In this document: positions 19,194 through 29,107 of the stretch, one piece after another
How the letters are laid out: each line of letters starts with the position of its first letter
How positions within the stretch are numbered: position 1 is the first letter of the stretch
Program-made: the position numbers and the translations under genes
NCBI GenBank assembly: GCA_016839585.1
Contig: JAEOTZ010000045.1
Coordinates: 1-55,946, forward strand
Direction of reading: 5' to 3'
From: Promethearchaeota archaeon
Lineage (GTDB): Archaea > Asgardarchaeota > Lokiarchaeia > Sigyniarchaeales > SOKP01
Length of the DNA: 55,946 nt
The notes under the pieces: generated by a model
The model's input: the letters and a program-made list of their open reading frames with translations, nothing else
Told to the model about the DNA's origin: nothing
The model's database searches: none

Positions 19194-21311
19194 TTATAGC
19201 CAAGGTGGAATCTGTATAGGTGCATCCACAATCCATTCTGGATATATATGACCCCCTGATGACACAATTGACTTTGTTCCACCCGTTTGCCATTGTACCC
19301 ATAATGCAACAGAATAAATTTTCTTAGTTATTGGATCATATCCTTCAATTAAATCATGGTTGGAATTAAATGCAATATTACCCCCAGCTCCTTCCATTGG
19401 ATTTGCCTTGTTTATTGTCTCTAACTGGATTACTATATCATCAGAATCATTCGATTGAGCAGCAATAATCGCGTCTAAAAGCATATAAACGGAATCAAAG
19501 GATCCTATTGCCGTATAAAAAGGATCCTTATCCCATAAATCTACATACGCATCCCACATTGGTATGGTTAAAGTAGTTTTATTCGTGCGTGTTGTTGATT
19601 GCATCAATAATTCATACGCACAATCTCCAAGTGTTTGTAACCAAAAAATTTCTAACTGTGACATAACATTAATTCCAGCAATAATGAAGTCTGGTTGCAC
19701 ACTACCATATGCAGTGCTCATATAAAGCCCAGTGGGAGATGAGATGAGAGGACATACTATTTGTGCTCCAGAATCTTGTAATTGGGAAATATATCCATAA
19801 AAATCTAGTGGTGTAGCTGTGATTGGAAACGCTATTTCTTCCACAATAGTAAAATTAAACCAAGGATTATTATTGAACCCATAGTTTCCATAAGATACAT
19901 CATATCCATTTAAAACAGCTGACATTTTATCTGTCCAAATAAGATCTTCCCTTAAAATTCCAACCTTGTTTACAACTGTACCTAATGCCGCCTCCAACGC
20001 AGGCTTAAGAGCTAAAGCATAAAACTTACAAATTTCACTTGCTAAAGAACTACTATTGATTGGCATTGCTCGGAACCAATATTTATACTTTGAATAATTA
20101 AGTCCAACATCTTCACATAATGTATCTGAAGCTGCACCTGTATTTATGAAGATTTTCTGCTCATCCATTATAATTTCTCTATATGCGTTTACTGCTTCTG
20201 TTCTGAATCCGCCAATCACAAAATCAGTGTTATGTTGTGTCATCATTTTATTTGTGGCATTTATTCCTTTATTTATATCGAGAGAGAGTTCGGCTTCATA
20301 GGTATTTTCCGCTATGAGTCCAAAATAATATGTCCCATTAGGAAAGCTGGGATCTGTAGAACTGGAGATAGTAATGCCACCAACAGAATTTATTTGCTCT
20401 ATTGCCAAATATGATCCTTGAAATGTACCTTTGCCCGTTACCCAATTTAGGTCATCTAGAATCCCGACCCTAATTATTCGATCCTCTGGAGTGTCAATTG
20501 GAGCTCCTGGAGCAAATAGAACGCCTGAATATAAAGAAGGGATATATAAATTCACAATTTCGCTATTAACAGTTTCTTCATTACCAACGTTATCTATGGA
20601 ATAGTAATCAATAGTGTGTGTGTTTTTAGCATAGCCCTCTAATGTGAATGGTCCTGTATATGAGGTCCATGTTCCATCATCTATTCTATATTCGATGCTA
20701 TCTAGACCTGAACCCATACCATCATCTGCTAATAAAGTGAAACTTGTACTATTATTAATAATATTTGGTAAAGATTCGGGAATATAAGATATAGAACTAG
20801 ATGGGCCTAGACTGTCGACTATCAATTGTTTAGAACTCACATAGGCGATATTATTTGTTTCATCAAATTCATTCACATCATCTGTACTATCAATAATCCA
20901 ACCAACATAGTATATTCCATCTGGGATTCCACTATTTGGAAATACACCGTCCAACCCCGAAAAACTAAAATTCATAGAAGATATTGATGAGACTGTATCA
21001 ATTCCTATTAAATAATCATCTGCTGAAATAATAGTATCAGTCGAAGCGTAATATGATATATTAAAATCACTTGTTGATGATTCACCAATATTCCCAACAT
21101 GACACCATACTTGAAAAGTAGTAAAACCAGGTTTAACCGCAGTTGGAAAAAAATCAGAATAAAATGCCCCCCTATCTGTTAGATCTGGTGGCCCTCTTTT
21201 TCCTTCTGGAAAATAACTTAACCAAACGAAAATAATAGAACTAATACCAATAAAAGCAGCTAATATTATACCAATAATCACTCTTTTTTGTATTTTCATT
21301 TTATTATTCAC
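19194..21311 (-). CDS. Membrane-anchored LivJ/K-like solute-binding protein with CARDB-like and Ig-like spacer domains
   Basis: N-terminal TM; YYVGWIIDSTDDVNEFDETNN (CARDB-like); SGLDSIEYRIDDG...YYSIDNVGNEE (OmpL47-like); IRVGIL, AIEQINSVGG, VIGGFRTE, YWFRAMP. Confidence 0.8.
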   Translation of the reverse strand: MNNKMKIQKRVIIGIILAAFIGISSIIFVWLSYFPEGKRGPPDLTDRGAFYSDFFPTAVKPGFTTFQVWCHVGNIGESSTSDFNISYYASTDTIISADDYLIGIDTVSSISSMNFSFSGLDGVFPNSGIPDGIYYVGWIIDSTDDVNEFDETNNIAYVSSKQLIVDSLGPSSSISYIPESLPNIINNSTSFTLLADDGMGSGLDSIEYRIDDGTWTSYTGPFTLEGYAKNTHTIDYYSIDNVGNEETVNSEIVNLYIPSLYSGVLFAPGAPIDTPEDRIIRVGILDDLNWVTGKGTFQGSYLAIEQINSVGGITISSSTDPSFPNGTYYFGLIAENTYEAELSLDINKGINATNKMMTQHNTDFVIGGFRTEAVNAYREIIMDEQKIFINTGAASDTLCEDVGLNYSKYKYWFRAMPINSSSLASEICKFYALALKPALEAALGTVVNKVGILREDLIWTDKMSAVLNGYDVSYGNYGFNNNPWFNFTIVEEIAFPITATPLDFYGYISQLQDSGAQIVCPLISSPTGLYMSTAYGSVQPDFIIAGINVMSQLEIFWLQTLGDCAYELLMQSTTRTNKTTLTIPMWDAYVDLWDKDPFYTAIGSFDSVYMLLDAIIAAQSNDSDDIVIQLETINKANPMEGAGGNIAFNSNHDLIEGYDPITKKIYSVALWVQWQTGGTKSIVSSGGHIYPEWIVDAPIQIPPWL

Positions 21312-21517
21312 ACAATTGGATATTCATTATAAATTATATCAATAATAGATTTAAATTTTTCCTTAAATCATAAATTTTTAGGAGAACTTTTAAATAATTC
21401 CTTTCTTGGAGGTATTATAATGTCTATAGCAAGATAAGAACAATATTACCATTTTATTTTAGTAGTATCTTTACTGGTGGATGAAGAAGTTAAAAGAATT
21501 GTAAAATAATTATTATA

Positions 21518-21731
21518 AAAAGGATCTTGTTTATATCCTGATTTTGAAGTAAGAAATTGTTATTAAAGTAAAATTATTGAATTATGCTTCCAACGTGATG
21601 AATTTCCATGTGAAAAAACTAATTTTGATTCTAATCTTAAGGGAAGGTGGATTCAAATGAATAATCAGATGAAAGAAATAGGAATTAAATCATACTATCA
21701 GAAGTCTAAAGATTTACCAAGGTATAGGTAA
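21518..21731 (+). pseudogene. Decayed duplicate of the 3' part of the DUF3795 gene (repeat copy 2)
   Basis: Reads GSCLYPDFEVRNCY*SKIIELCFQRDEFPCEKTNFD...LPRYR*; in-frame TAA, two Cys lost, no 5' part. Confidence 0.9.
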
Positions 21732-21749
21732 GATATTTCAAAGAAATAA

Positions 21750-22217
21750 TTAAGTCAAAGATAAAATAAATTTTCTAATTTTATTACTATATAGTCCTTC
21801 TTTAATTTCTTTTTTATTAATTTCCAGAGTTGATATTGCTTGTTTATCACATAATTTTGCCATGCTTTCAAAGGCTTTATGACCTCCTTTCCCACCCATA
21901 GTACAAAAAAAGGCAACATTCTTAATTTTACTTCTATACTCGGTAATATATGTTCTTATTGGTGTACTCATTCTTCTATTCCATATAGGCGTTCCCATTA
22001 TAATTAAATCATATAATTCAGGACTTTTTTCAACCTCTTTAATGATTGTTAATTTCTTTCTTGTAGCATCTGCACCAGCTTTAAGAAATCCTATAAATCC
22101 TGATCGCTTTTTAGTATCAAATATTTCTTCATATTCGCAACTTAGCTCTCTTGAAATTAATTCACCAATCTTCTTTGTATTACCTGTTCTTGAGTAAAAA
22201 ACTACTAAAAGACCCAT
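21750..22217 (-). CDS. Flavodoxin family protein
   Basis: VFYSRTGNTK, IIMGTPIW, VAFFCTMGG. Confidence 0.9.
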   Translation of the reverse strand: MGLLVVFYSRTGNTKKIGELISRELSCEYEEIFDTKKRSGFIGFLKAGADATRKKLTIIKEVEKSPELYDLIIMGTPIWNRRMSTPIRTYITEYRSKIKNVAFFCTMGGKGGHKAFESMAKLCDKQAISTLEINKKEIKEGLYSNKIRKFILSLT

Positions 22218-22391
22218 AATAAGTTATTTAACTAAAAAAAACTATTAAAACTTTAGATTTCTAATTTTAATAATAGAACTGAATTTTTCAGTAAATTTAA
22301 AAGAGTAATATTGAATAATTTAATATAAATCATTAATTCAAATTCTCATAAGAATATATTTTAAAGTTAAATAAAGTACATTATCCCGATT

Positions 22392-23237
22392 ATGATCATT
22401 TGGATATTAGATTCCGAATCTGGAACAAAATTATTATATAAATCATTTTTGAAAACGAGTGCTGATGAGGATATTGTTTCTGGTTTTTTAACAGCGTTTC
22501 ATCATTTTTCTATGGTTGAATTTAAGCAATCATTAGAATCTATAGAAATGGGTGGATTAAGATGGAGTTATATATTAGAGCCAGAGTATCAATTACTTTT
22601 TGTGGCAGCAGACACCAAAAGTGTAAGAACTGAAATGCTAATGGGGAGATTAAATGTTATAAAAGAAGCATTCGTAAAGGAATTTAAATCCGCATGGGAA
22701 AAAAAAGGTCATACCTGGAATGGAAATATTAATATCTTTTTACCTTTTCTTGATGTAATTGAGGACTATTACAATCAATGGGAAGAGGTTGAAACTTTAA
22801 CACATGTTGCAGATTTTTTTGATATCTTGGGTGTTTTTCAGCACATATTAATTTCAATTAGAAATTTTATAGATCATAAAATGTATAGTAAATCCAAAAC
22901 TGAAATTTTAAAGCTCATCGATAAATCATATAATACTATTAAAAATCAAGCAAAATACAAAAATCATCCAGAATTGAAAAATATCTCCTATTCTAAAGAG
23001 GCTTGGTTTAATATTATTGATATAAACCTTATTAAGGGTGAAAAAAAATTAGTTATTAGGTATTTAAAATCAATTCTTAGACAAATTGTAAATATTTTGA
23101 AGGAAGTAAAAGGAGAGAATTTATGTTTAAGATATTTTAGCGAAGAACATATTTATGCTTATATTTACAATAATATGAAATTATTAAAAGATTTAAAATT
23201 AGATATGTTTTTCTTAGAACTTTTTCTATTATTATAA
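22392..23237 (+). CDS. Soluble protein with N-terminal longin-like domain and helical C-terminus
   Basis: IWILDSESGTKLLY...IVSGFLTAFHHFS...SIEMGG...LLFVAAD...IKEAFVKEF...WNGNINIF. Confidence 0.7.
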   Translation: MIIWILDSESGTKLLYKSFLKTSADEDIVSGFLTAFHHFSMVEFKQSLESIEMGGLRWSYILEPEYQLLFVAADTKSVRTEMLMGRLNVIKEAFVKEFKSAWEKKGHTWNGNINIFLPFLDVIEDYYNQWEEVETLTHVADFFDILGVFQHILISIRNFIDHKMYSKSKTEILKLIDKSYNTIKNQAKYKNHPELKNISYSKEAWFNIIDINLIKGEKKLVIRYLKSILRQIVNILKEVKGENLCLRYFSEEHIYAYIYNNMKLLKDLKLDMFFLELFLLL

Positions 23238-23621
23238 TTAGACTTAACTTTTTTCATAAAGTCTCTTTGATATACTGAATAAATTTACCCACTTTTAAAG
23301 TATTATCAAAGCGAAGCTAATCTTCTTGGAATATTAATTCTTTGAGAAATTTTCCTTTAATCATTATTAATGATAAGAAAGGATTAATTTTAGATTTTTA
23401 GTCATAAAAAACCATCGATTTAGTTTAAATGAGATTCTTATTGCCAATATAATTTAGTTATTTAGGCATGACTAAAAGGTTTATATATGATTATATATTT
23501 TATATAATTAATGGAGGTCAAGAATAAGATTGATAAAAGTCACGTATAATATTATTTTTAAATGAATAACCTCCCAATAATTAAAAATTTTATAGGAATC
23601 TAAAAGCATATAAAATACTTA

Positions 23622-24191
23622 GTGATAGTAGTGGAAATTATACCGAAATTATCAATTGGGTTATTAAATGGATGGATTTATTTCGTATTCTATTTAATTA
23701 TTTTTATTATAGTGATGAGTACATGTTCTAGAGAAGTAAAAAAGCGATTATACGATAGATCTTTATGGGATAAAAAAATAAAAATAATTACAGCTATTGG
23801 TAAATTATTTTCATTTGCTAATATTATAATGATTTTCTTAGCAGCTATACAATTTGGATCAGTAGAATTTATTATCGGAACGGTATTATATTCGGTTGGT
23901 TTAATAGGACTGGGAATTGCTATCATCAATTATCGAAATGCACCTTTAGACAAACCAATAACTAGAAGATTATATAAAATATCTCGTAATCCACAAATGG
24001 TTATGATTTATATCATGTTTGCTGGAATAATAATAGTAATCACTTCTTGGATTAATCTGATTTTTCTATGTATTACAATTTTATGTGCTCATTTTAGCAT
24101 ACTAGGGGAAGAAAAAGCTTTAACAGATCAATATGGAGAATCATACCAGCAATATAAAAAAAAAGTACCAAGATATTTCTTGTTTTTTTAA
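23622..24191 (+). CDS. ICMT/PEMT-family membrane methyltransferase
   Basis: LYKISRNPQM, EEKALTDQYGESYQQYKKKVPRY. Confidence 0.85.
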   Translation: MIVVEIIPKLSIGLLNGWIYFVFYLIIFIIVMSTCSREVKKRLYDRSLWDKKIKIITAIGKLFSFANIIMIFLAAIQFGSVEFIIGTVLYSVGLIGLGIAIINYRNAPLDKPITRRLYKISRNPQMVMIYIMFAGIIIVITSWINLIFLCITILCAHFSILGEEKALTDQYGESYQQYKKKVPRYFLFF

Positions 24192-24212
24192 AAGAATAAG
24201 AGGTAATTTAAA

Positions 24213-24830
24213 ATGATTAAACCAATTATTATTAAAATATTTTTTATCATAGTTATTATGTTCTTTCTTATAGGATTGTTTGTACCTATGGTTATAATAA
24301 AGAAGAAAGGCAAAGATCCTCATGGAACACATGAAGGAGCCTCATTATTGACTAGATTAACGCCTTATACTATTTTTACATGGTTAACATATATTATTTT
24401 ATTTGTCATAGATGGTAAAACAATCTTAAATTTTTTAGTTTTTGAATTTTTAATTTCAGACGTTTTCATATTTATCGGTATAATTATTATATCTTTAGGT
24501 TTACTAATAGATTTATGGGGAACAATCGCGCTAGGAACTAACTTTAGGATTGAACTTCCAAAAGAAGAAATCTCTCTAATCACTACTGGAATTTATAGGT
24601 TAATGAGGAATCCCATTGTTATGGGGGTTTATTTACTTGTGACTGGAAGTTTTCTTATTATTCCGACAATAATTTCACTGATCTTCTTAATAGCTAACAT
24701 TTTGACTTTTGATTCAAAAATAAGAGATGAGGAAAAATTCCTTGCTAAACGATTTGGAGAAGAATATAAAAATTATAGCACACAAGTAGGAAGGTATCTT
24801 CCATTTAGTATAATAAAGAATAAAAGATAA
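24213..24830 (+). CDS. ICMT/PEMT-family membrane methyltransferase
   Basis: LITTGIYRLMRNP, EEKFLAKRFGEEYKNY. Confidence 0.9.
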   Translation: MIKPIIIKIFFIIVIMFFLIGLFVPMVIIKKKGKDPHGTHEGASLLTRLTPYTIFTWLTYIILFVIDGKTILNFLVFEFLISDVFIFIGIIIISLGLLIDLWGTIALGTNFRIELPKEEISLITTGIYRLMRNPIVMGVYLLVTGSFLIIPTIISLIFLIANILTFDSKIRDEEKFLAKRFGEEYKNYSTQVGRYLPFSIIKNKR

Positions 24831-24849
24831 CATTTGTTGGTGATAAAAT

Positions 24850-25614
24850 ATCAGGGAATCAGCAAATTATGGAAATTGGGTACCATTAAATTTATTATAC
24901 GCCTTAATAGGCATAATTTTAATTTTTTTAATTCCTTCCTTATTCCCAATTTCTCTAGTCGTTAGAATAGTATTATGGGTAATTACAGGATTGCTCTTTT
25001 TACCTTTTTCTTATTTAATATATTTATACTATAAATTTTCAGTACATAATAAAAAGTTACAATACATGGTTTGGAATTTAGTCATCAAGAAATTATCTTG
25101 GAATGGACAAGGCAAAGCGCTTGATATTGGCACAGGAGCTGGAGCATTAGCAATAGAGCTCGCCAAGAAGTTTCCTGCATCTAGAATTTGGGGAATTGAT
25201 TATTGGGGAAAACTATGGAATTATTCTAAACTTAAGTGTGAAAAAAATGCCAAAATCGAGGGGGTGGCAAATCAAGTTGTATTTCAAAAAGCGCATGCTT
25301 CAAAATTGCCCTTTAATGATGGTGAATTTGATGCCATTATGAGTAATTTCGTGTATCATGAAGTTAGAGACGCAAAAGATAAAAAAAAACTCATCAGTGA
25401 GTCTTTTCGGGTTTTGAAAAAAGGAGGGACATTTTCTCTTCAAGATATATTTAAAAGTAAAAAGAAATTTGGTGACATTGAAGAATTAATCAGAGATATT
25501 AAGAAATGGGGTATTGAGGAGGTTAATTTTATTGAGACAACTCATGAAATTCCAATACCTAAATTGTTGAAATTTGAACTTAAAACAATGGGTTTATTAT
25601 ATGGCGTCAAGTAG
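24850..25614 (+). CDS. Membrane-anchored class I methyltransferase; frame extends 5' of the called TTG (24991) to an ATC at 24850
   Basis: ALDIGTGAG, WGIDYW, LKKGG; upstream in-frame RESANYGNWVP plus hydrophobic helices; GGTGAT at 24839-24844. Confidence 0.75.
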   Translation: MRESANYGNWVPLNLLYALIGIILIFLIPSLFPISLVVRIVLWVITGLLFLPFSYLIYLYYKFSVHNKKLQYMVWNLVIKKLSWNGQGKALDIGTGAGALAIELAKKFPASRIWGIDYWGKLWNYSKLKCEKNAKIEGVANQVVFQKAHASKLPFNDGEFDAIMSNFVYHEVRDAKDKKKLISESFRVLKKGGTFSLQDIFKSKKKFGDIEELIRDIKKWGIEEVNFIETTHEIPIPKLLKFELKTMGLLYGVK

Positions 25615-26266
25615 ATTTAAAATGGGCTTTAAACAAAAACTAGTTAATCAAGTAAGAAAACCAAGTGGAAAAATAGGACGAATAATAGCCAAGGGTATGA
25701 ATAAAGGGCATGCAAAATTAGCAAAGTGGGGTTTGTCTAAAATCAAAATAGAACCAAATTATAATATTCTAGATATTGGATGTGGAGGAGGGGGAAATAT
25801 AAAACACTTTGCTGAGATTATAGTAGATGGAAAGATTTATGGAATTGATTATTCAGAAACAGCTATATGTGTAAGCAGGGAAGTTAATAAGATATATATT
25901 GAAAATGGAACTGTTGAAATATATAATGCCTCTGTTTCTTCTCTACCTTTCAATGATGATTTCTTTAATATAGTAAGTGGTTTTGAAGTTTATTATTTTT
26001 GGCCAGATTTGCCAAAGGATTTAAAAGAAATTTATAGAGTTCTTAAACCAAAAGGAAAATTAATCTTAGTTAATGAAGGGTATTTATGTAATAATGAGAA
26101 GAAAAGGAAAAAAGCTGAAAAGTGGTCAAAATTGGGGCAATTTCATATCCATACTCCTGAAGAATACAACGATTTATTAACAAAAGCGGGGTTTTCTAAT
26201 ATCCAAATTTTTGAAGAGAATAAAAAGGGTTGGATTACCGTTATAGGTATGAAAGAAATCAGATAA
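25574..26266 (+). CDS. Class I SAM-dependent methyltransferase (start likely ATG at 25622)
   Basis: ILDIGCGGG, YGIDYS, YYFWPDL, VLKPKG. Confidence 0.9.
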   Translation: MNLKQWVYYMASSRFKMGFKQKLVNQVRKPSGKIGRIIAKGMNKGHAKLAKWGLSKIKIEPNYNILDIGCGGGGNIKHFAEIIVDGKIYGIDYSETAICVSREVNKIYIENGTVEIYNASVSSLPFNDDFFNIVSGFEVYYFWPDLPKDLKEIYRVLKPKGKLILVNEGYLCNNEKKRKKAEKWSKLGQFHIHTPEEYNDLLTKAGFSNIQIFEENKKGWITVIGMKEIR

Positions 26267-26342
26267 TTATTGGACTATATAAGAAATAAATAAAAAAGAT
26301 GAAGAACAGTAATATAAAACTCATTAAAATGGTAGATTTAAA

Positions 26343-26840
26343 ATGAAAATAAAAAGACATGATGGTCATGAGAGGGAAATTCCAAATGCACACATATTTC
26401 ATGCCATATTACCAATAATATTTATTATAGTATGGTTTTTAGATTCAAATATTTTTCAAATTTCAACGTTCTTAAACGGTTTTGTAGATTTTCTAATTCG
26501 CTTGATATTGTTTATTTTGGTTTTTACCATTGCTATTACTTCTATAATGCTATCTCACCGCGCTTTATTTAAATCACATCAACCTCCTAATTCTTTAATT
26601 ACTAATGGAATTCTTGGATATGTAAGAAACCCGATGTATTTGGGGATTTTATTGATTTATGTAGCTTTCATCTTTTTGTCGATTTCATTAATTAGTATTG
26701 GCTTCTTCATTATAATAGTTCTAGTTTATAACTGGATGGTAAATTTCGAAGAAAAAATTCTTGAAAATATGTTTGATACTCAGTTTCTAGAATATAAAAA
26801 GAAAGTACCAAAATGGATTCCAAATCCGTTTAAAAAATAA
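26343..26840 (+). CDS. ICMT/PEMT-family membrane methyltransferase
   Basis: LITNGILGYVRNPMYLG, EEKIL...YKKKVPKW. Confidence 0.85.
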   Translation: MKIKRHDGHEREIPNAHIFHAILPIIFIIVWFLDSNIFQISTFLNGFVDFLIRLILFILVFTIAITSIMLSHRALFKSHQPPNSLITNGILGYVRNPMYLGILLIYVAFIFLSISLISIGFFIIIVLVYNWMVNFEEKILENMFDTQFLEYKKKVPKWIPNPFKK

Positions 26841-26859
26841 AAGGATATGGCCCATAATA

Positions 26860-27258
26860 ATGGTTTCTGAGCAAATATGGAAAAAAATATGGTTATTATT
26901 TGGGATTGTTTTTATGTTTATTTCAATTTTTATGATATTTTTTGGACCCTGGCTTGCTTCAATAACAGGAACAAAACCATTCTCAGATCGTGCTAGAGCT
27001 ATGATTAACTTTTTCTGGATTTGGATGTTTATATATAATGGATTAGGGTTCATTCTTCTATATAAGAATATTGAAAAATATAAAATTTTATTACTTTTGG
27101 CGATTCCAGCAGGAATCACATTTACAATCCTTCAGATAATTTATATCATTTTAGGATATTTTGAATTTGTTTTATCAGAAATAGTTTGGGCAATAAGTTC
27201 CTTAGTATGGTCAACAATAGCCATTTTATATTTTTTTGATAAAAAAAAGGATTATTAA
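26860..27258 (+). CDS. Four-TM membrane protein, unknown function
   Basis: Hydropathy; same-strand position 19 bp after the ICMT-like gene. Confidence 0.65.
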   Translation: MVSEQIWKKIWLLFGIVFMFISIFMIFFGPWLASITGTKPFSDRARAMINFFWIWMFIYNGLGFILLYKNIEKYKILLLLAIPAGITFTILQIIYIILGYFEFVLSEIVWAISSLVWSTIAILYFFDKKKDY

Positions 27259-27351
27259 TTAGGCAAAACCTTATTACAAAAGAATACTTATAAACCCTAA
27301 TTGTTGCATTTTTAGCAAATGTACGCAATTGTTTTAGGTTTGGTAATAAAA

Positions 27352-27606
27352 TTGGCAAAAGGAACTGTAAAATGGTTTAATAGTAAGAAAGGCTATGGCT
27401 TTATTACTCCCGATGATGGTTCGAGTGATATATTTGTTCACTATTCCGCTATTCAAGCCGAAAGTAGTGATTTTAAAATAATCTATGAAGGGGATATTGT
27501 TGAATATGAAGTCTCGCAGGGTCAAAAGGGACCGCAAGCCAGCAATGTCGTAGTTACTGAAAAAGGACCTCGACAGAGTTTTCATAGCCGGAAATCTTTT
27601 TATTAA
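27352..27606 (+). CDS. cspA: Cold-shock domain protein, CspA family (start likely TTG at 27352)
   Basis: GTVKWFN, KGYGFI (RNP1), IFVHYS (RNP2), KGPQASNV. Confidence 0.9.
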   Translation: MAKGTVKWFNSKKGYGFITPDDGSSDIFVHYSAIQAESSDFKIIYEGDIVEYEVSQGQKGPQASNVVVTEKGPRQSFHSRKSFY

Positions 27607-27829
27607 TAAAATAGTTTATTAATTAAGAAAGAGAATAGGTAATAAAAATAAGGAATTTTGGAAGATAATAAATATGGGATAGAGATTTGTTAATTTCTTT
27701 TTAGTATTTCTTTATATCTGACAGGTTCCCTTTTTTTTTCATTTTTTTAAAGCTCTAAATTGAAGTTAAGTAATAAAATTATTAAGAATAGTAGTTATTT
27801 ATAATTAAAAACCATGATTTTGGTATAAA

Positions 27830-28495
27830 ATGAGCCAATCGAATGAGAATAACATATGGACGAGAGAACGTGTTGAAAAATATGTTCAATCAACGGAGAA
27901 ATTAATAAACTTTAGATATAATCCATTTGCCAGGCAAATAATTAATTCAATAGATAAGTTTGGTATAGAAGGGATTCCAAAAATTTTAGATATTGGCTGT
28001 GGGCCAGGACTTCTTTTATTTGAAATTAAAAAAATTTTTCCTGAAGGGAAGTTAATTGGGGTTGATTCCTCAGAACAGATGTTAAAGATTGCTAAAGAGA
28101 AAGCAGAACAAAATAATATTGATGAGCTTGAACTAATGAAAGGTTTGGCTGAAGATATTCCATTACCAAATGATGATATAGAGGTGGTAGTGTGCCTAAA
28201 TTGTCTTCATGATTTTAAGGATGCACAACAGACAATAGAACAAGTATACCGTGTGTTGCGGAGTGGAGGGATTTTTATTTTGAAAGATAAAAATGGTGAT
28301 TATCCTCGATGGAAAATGCGTTTACATTTTATTCCATTAATTCTTAGGATAGGTTTAAAGAGAGCTCGGGCTTATTTAAGAAGCGAGCCATTTTGGCTTG
28401 AACCGCATGAAGTATATAATTGGATGGACCAATTAGGGTTTCAAGAGATTAGTGTTTCAAATAAACCTGATTATGTTATTATAGGAAAAAAATAA
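27830..28495 (+). CDS. Class I SAM-dependent methyltransferase (UbiE-like)
   Basis: ILDIGCGPG, IGVDSS, VLRSGG. Confidence 0.9.
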   Translation: MSQSNENNIWTRERVEKYVQSTEKLINFRYNPFARQIINSIDKFGIEGIPKILDIGCGPGLLLFEIKKIFPEGKLIGVDSSEQMLKIAKEKAEQNNIDELELMKGLAEDIPLPNDDIEVVVCLNCLHDFKDAQQTIEQVYRVLRSGGIFILKDKNGDYPRWKMRLHFIPLILRIGLKRARAYLRSEPFWLEPHEVYNWMDQLGFQEISVSNKPDYVIIGKK

Positions 28496-28497
28496 GT

Positions 28498-28962
28498 TTA
28501 CAGTTTTAACTCAAAAAATTTAGCACCCTCATAAGGATTATAACAATAAGGATCTATTTCTTTAAATCCTAAAGAAAGATATAAGGTTATTGCTTCTTTC
28601 ATAAATGGAAGTGTGTCTAAACGCATATGTGTATATCCCAATTTCCGAGCTGTATTAAGTATTTGTTTTGCTAATGCTTTTCCTATACCTTTTCCTCGAT
28701 ATCCTGATCGAACATATAGTCTTTTCATCTCACACATGCCTTTATCAAACTTTCTTAGAGCTACACATCCTGCTAATTTATTTTTATAAATTGCTAAGAG
28801 AAGACATCCCTCTGGCAATGAGTAATCACCAGGTAAGGTTTCAAGTTCCTCATTAAAATTTTGAAACTCTAAATCAATGTTTAAGTAGTTAGCATATTCT
28901 TTAAAGAGCTCAGATGCTTGTTCTATTCGTTCTTTAGATGTTACCTGTTTAATCTCTAGCAT
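28498..28962 (-). CDS. GNAT acetyltransferase
   Basis: CEMKRLYV...YRGKGIG, MRLDTL, AITLYLSLGF. Confidence 0.9.
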   Translation of the reverse strand: MLEIKQVTSKERIEQASELFKEYANYLNIDLEFQNFNEELETLPGDYSLPEGCLLLAIYKNKLAGCVALRKFDKGMCEMKRLYVRSGYRGKGIGKALAKQILNTARKLGYTHMRLDTLPFMKEAITLYLSLGFKEIDPYCYNPYEGAKFFELKL

Positions 28963-29107
28963 GAACTTCTAAGAAGAACATTTCTGTATAGTTTAAAAAT
29001 AATTTGAAATTTAATTCATTATAATTGGTTTTTAATCAAAGAATTTATATAAGATTTAAAAATATTTTTCTTAAATTAAATATAAACAATAGAAGTAGAA
29101 ATAAAAA

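Noticed and set aside
21408-21510. GGAGGT followed by ATG (MSIAR*) before the DUF3795 remnant
   Set aside because: Stops after five codons; read-through shows no recognisable similarity
23396-23574. Possible riboswitch or hairpins upstream of the methyltransferase cluster (TTTTAGTCAT/ATGACTAAAA; GGAGGT/ACCTCC)
   Set aside because: Short, widely spaced arms in very AT-rich DNA; no recognisable riboswitch consensus
23622-26840. ICMT-like enzymes acting on a prenylated Rab-like protein
   Set aside because: The Rab-like ORF ends in LKLKNK with no C-terminal cysteine, no prenyltransferase is present, and ICMT-family proteins are widespread in prokaryotes
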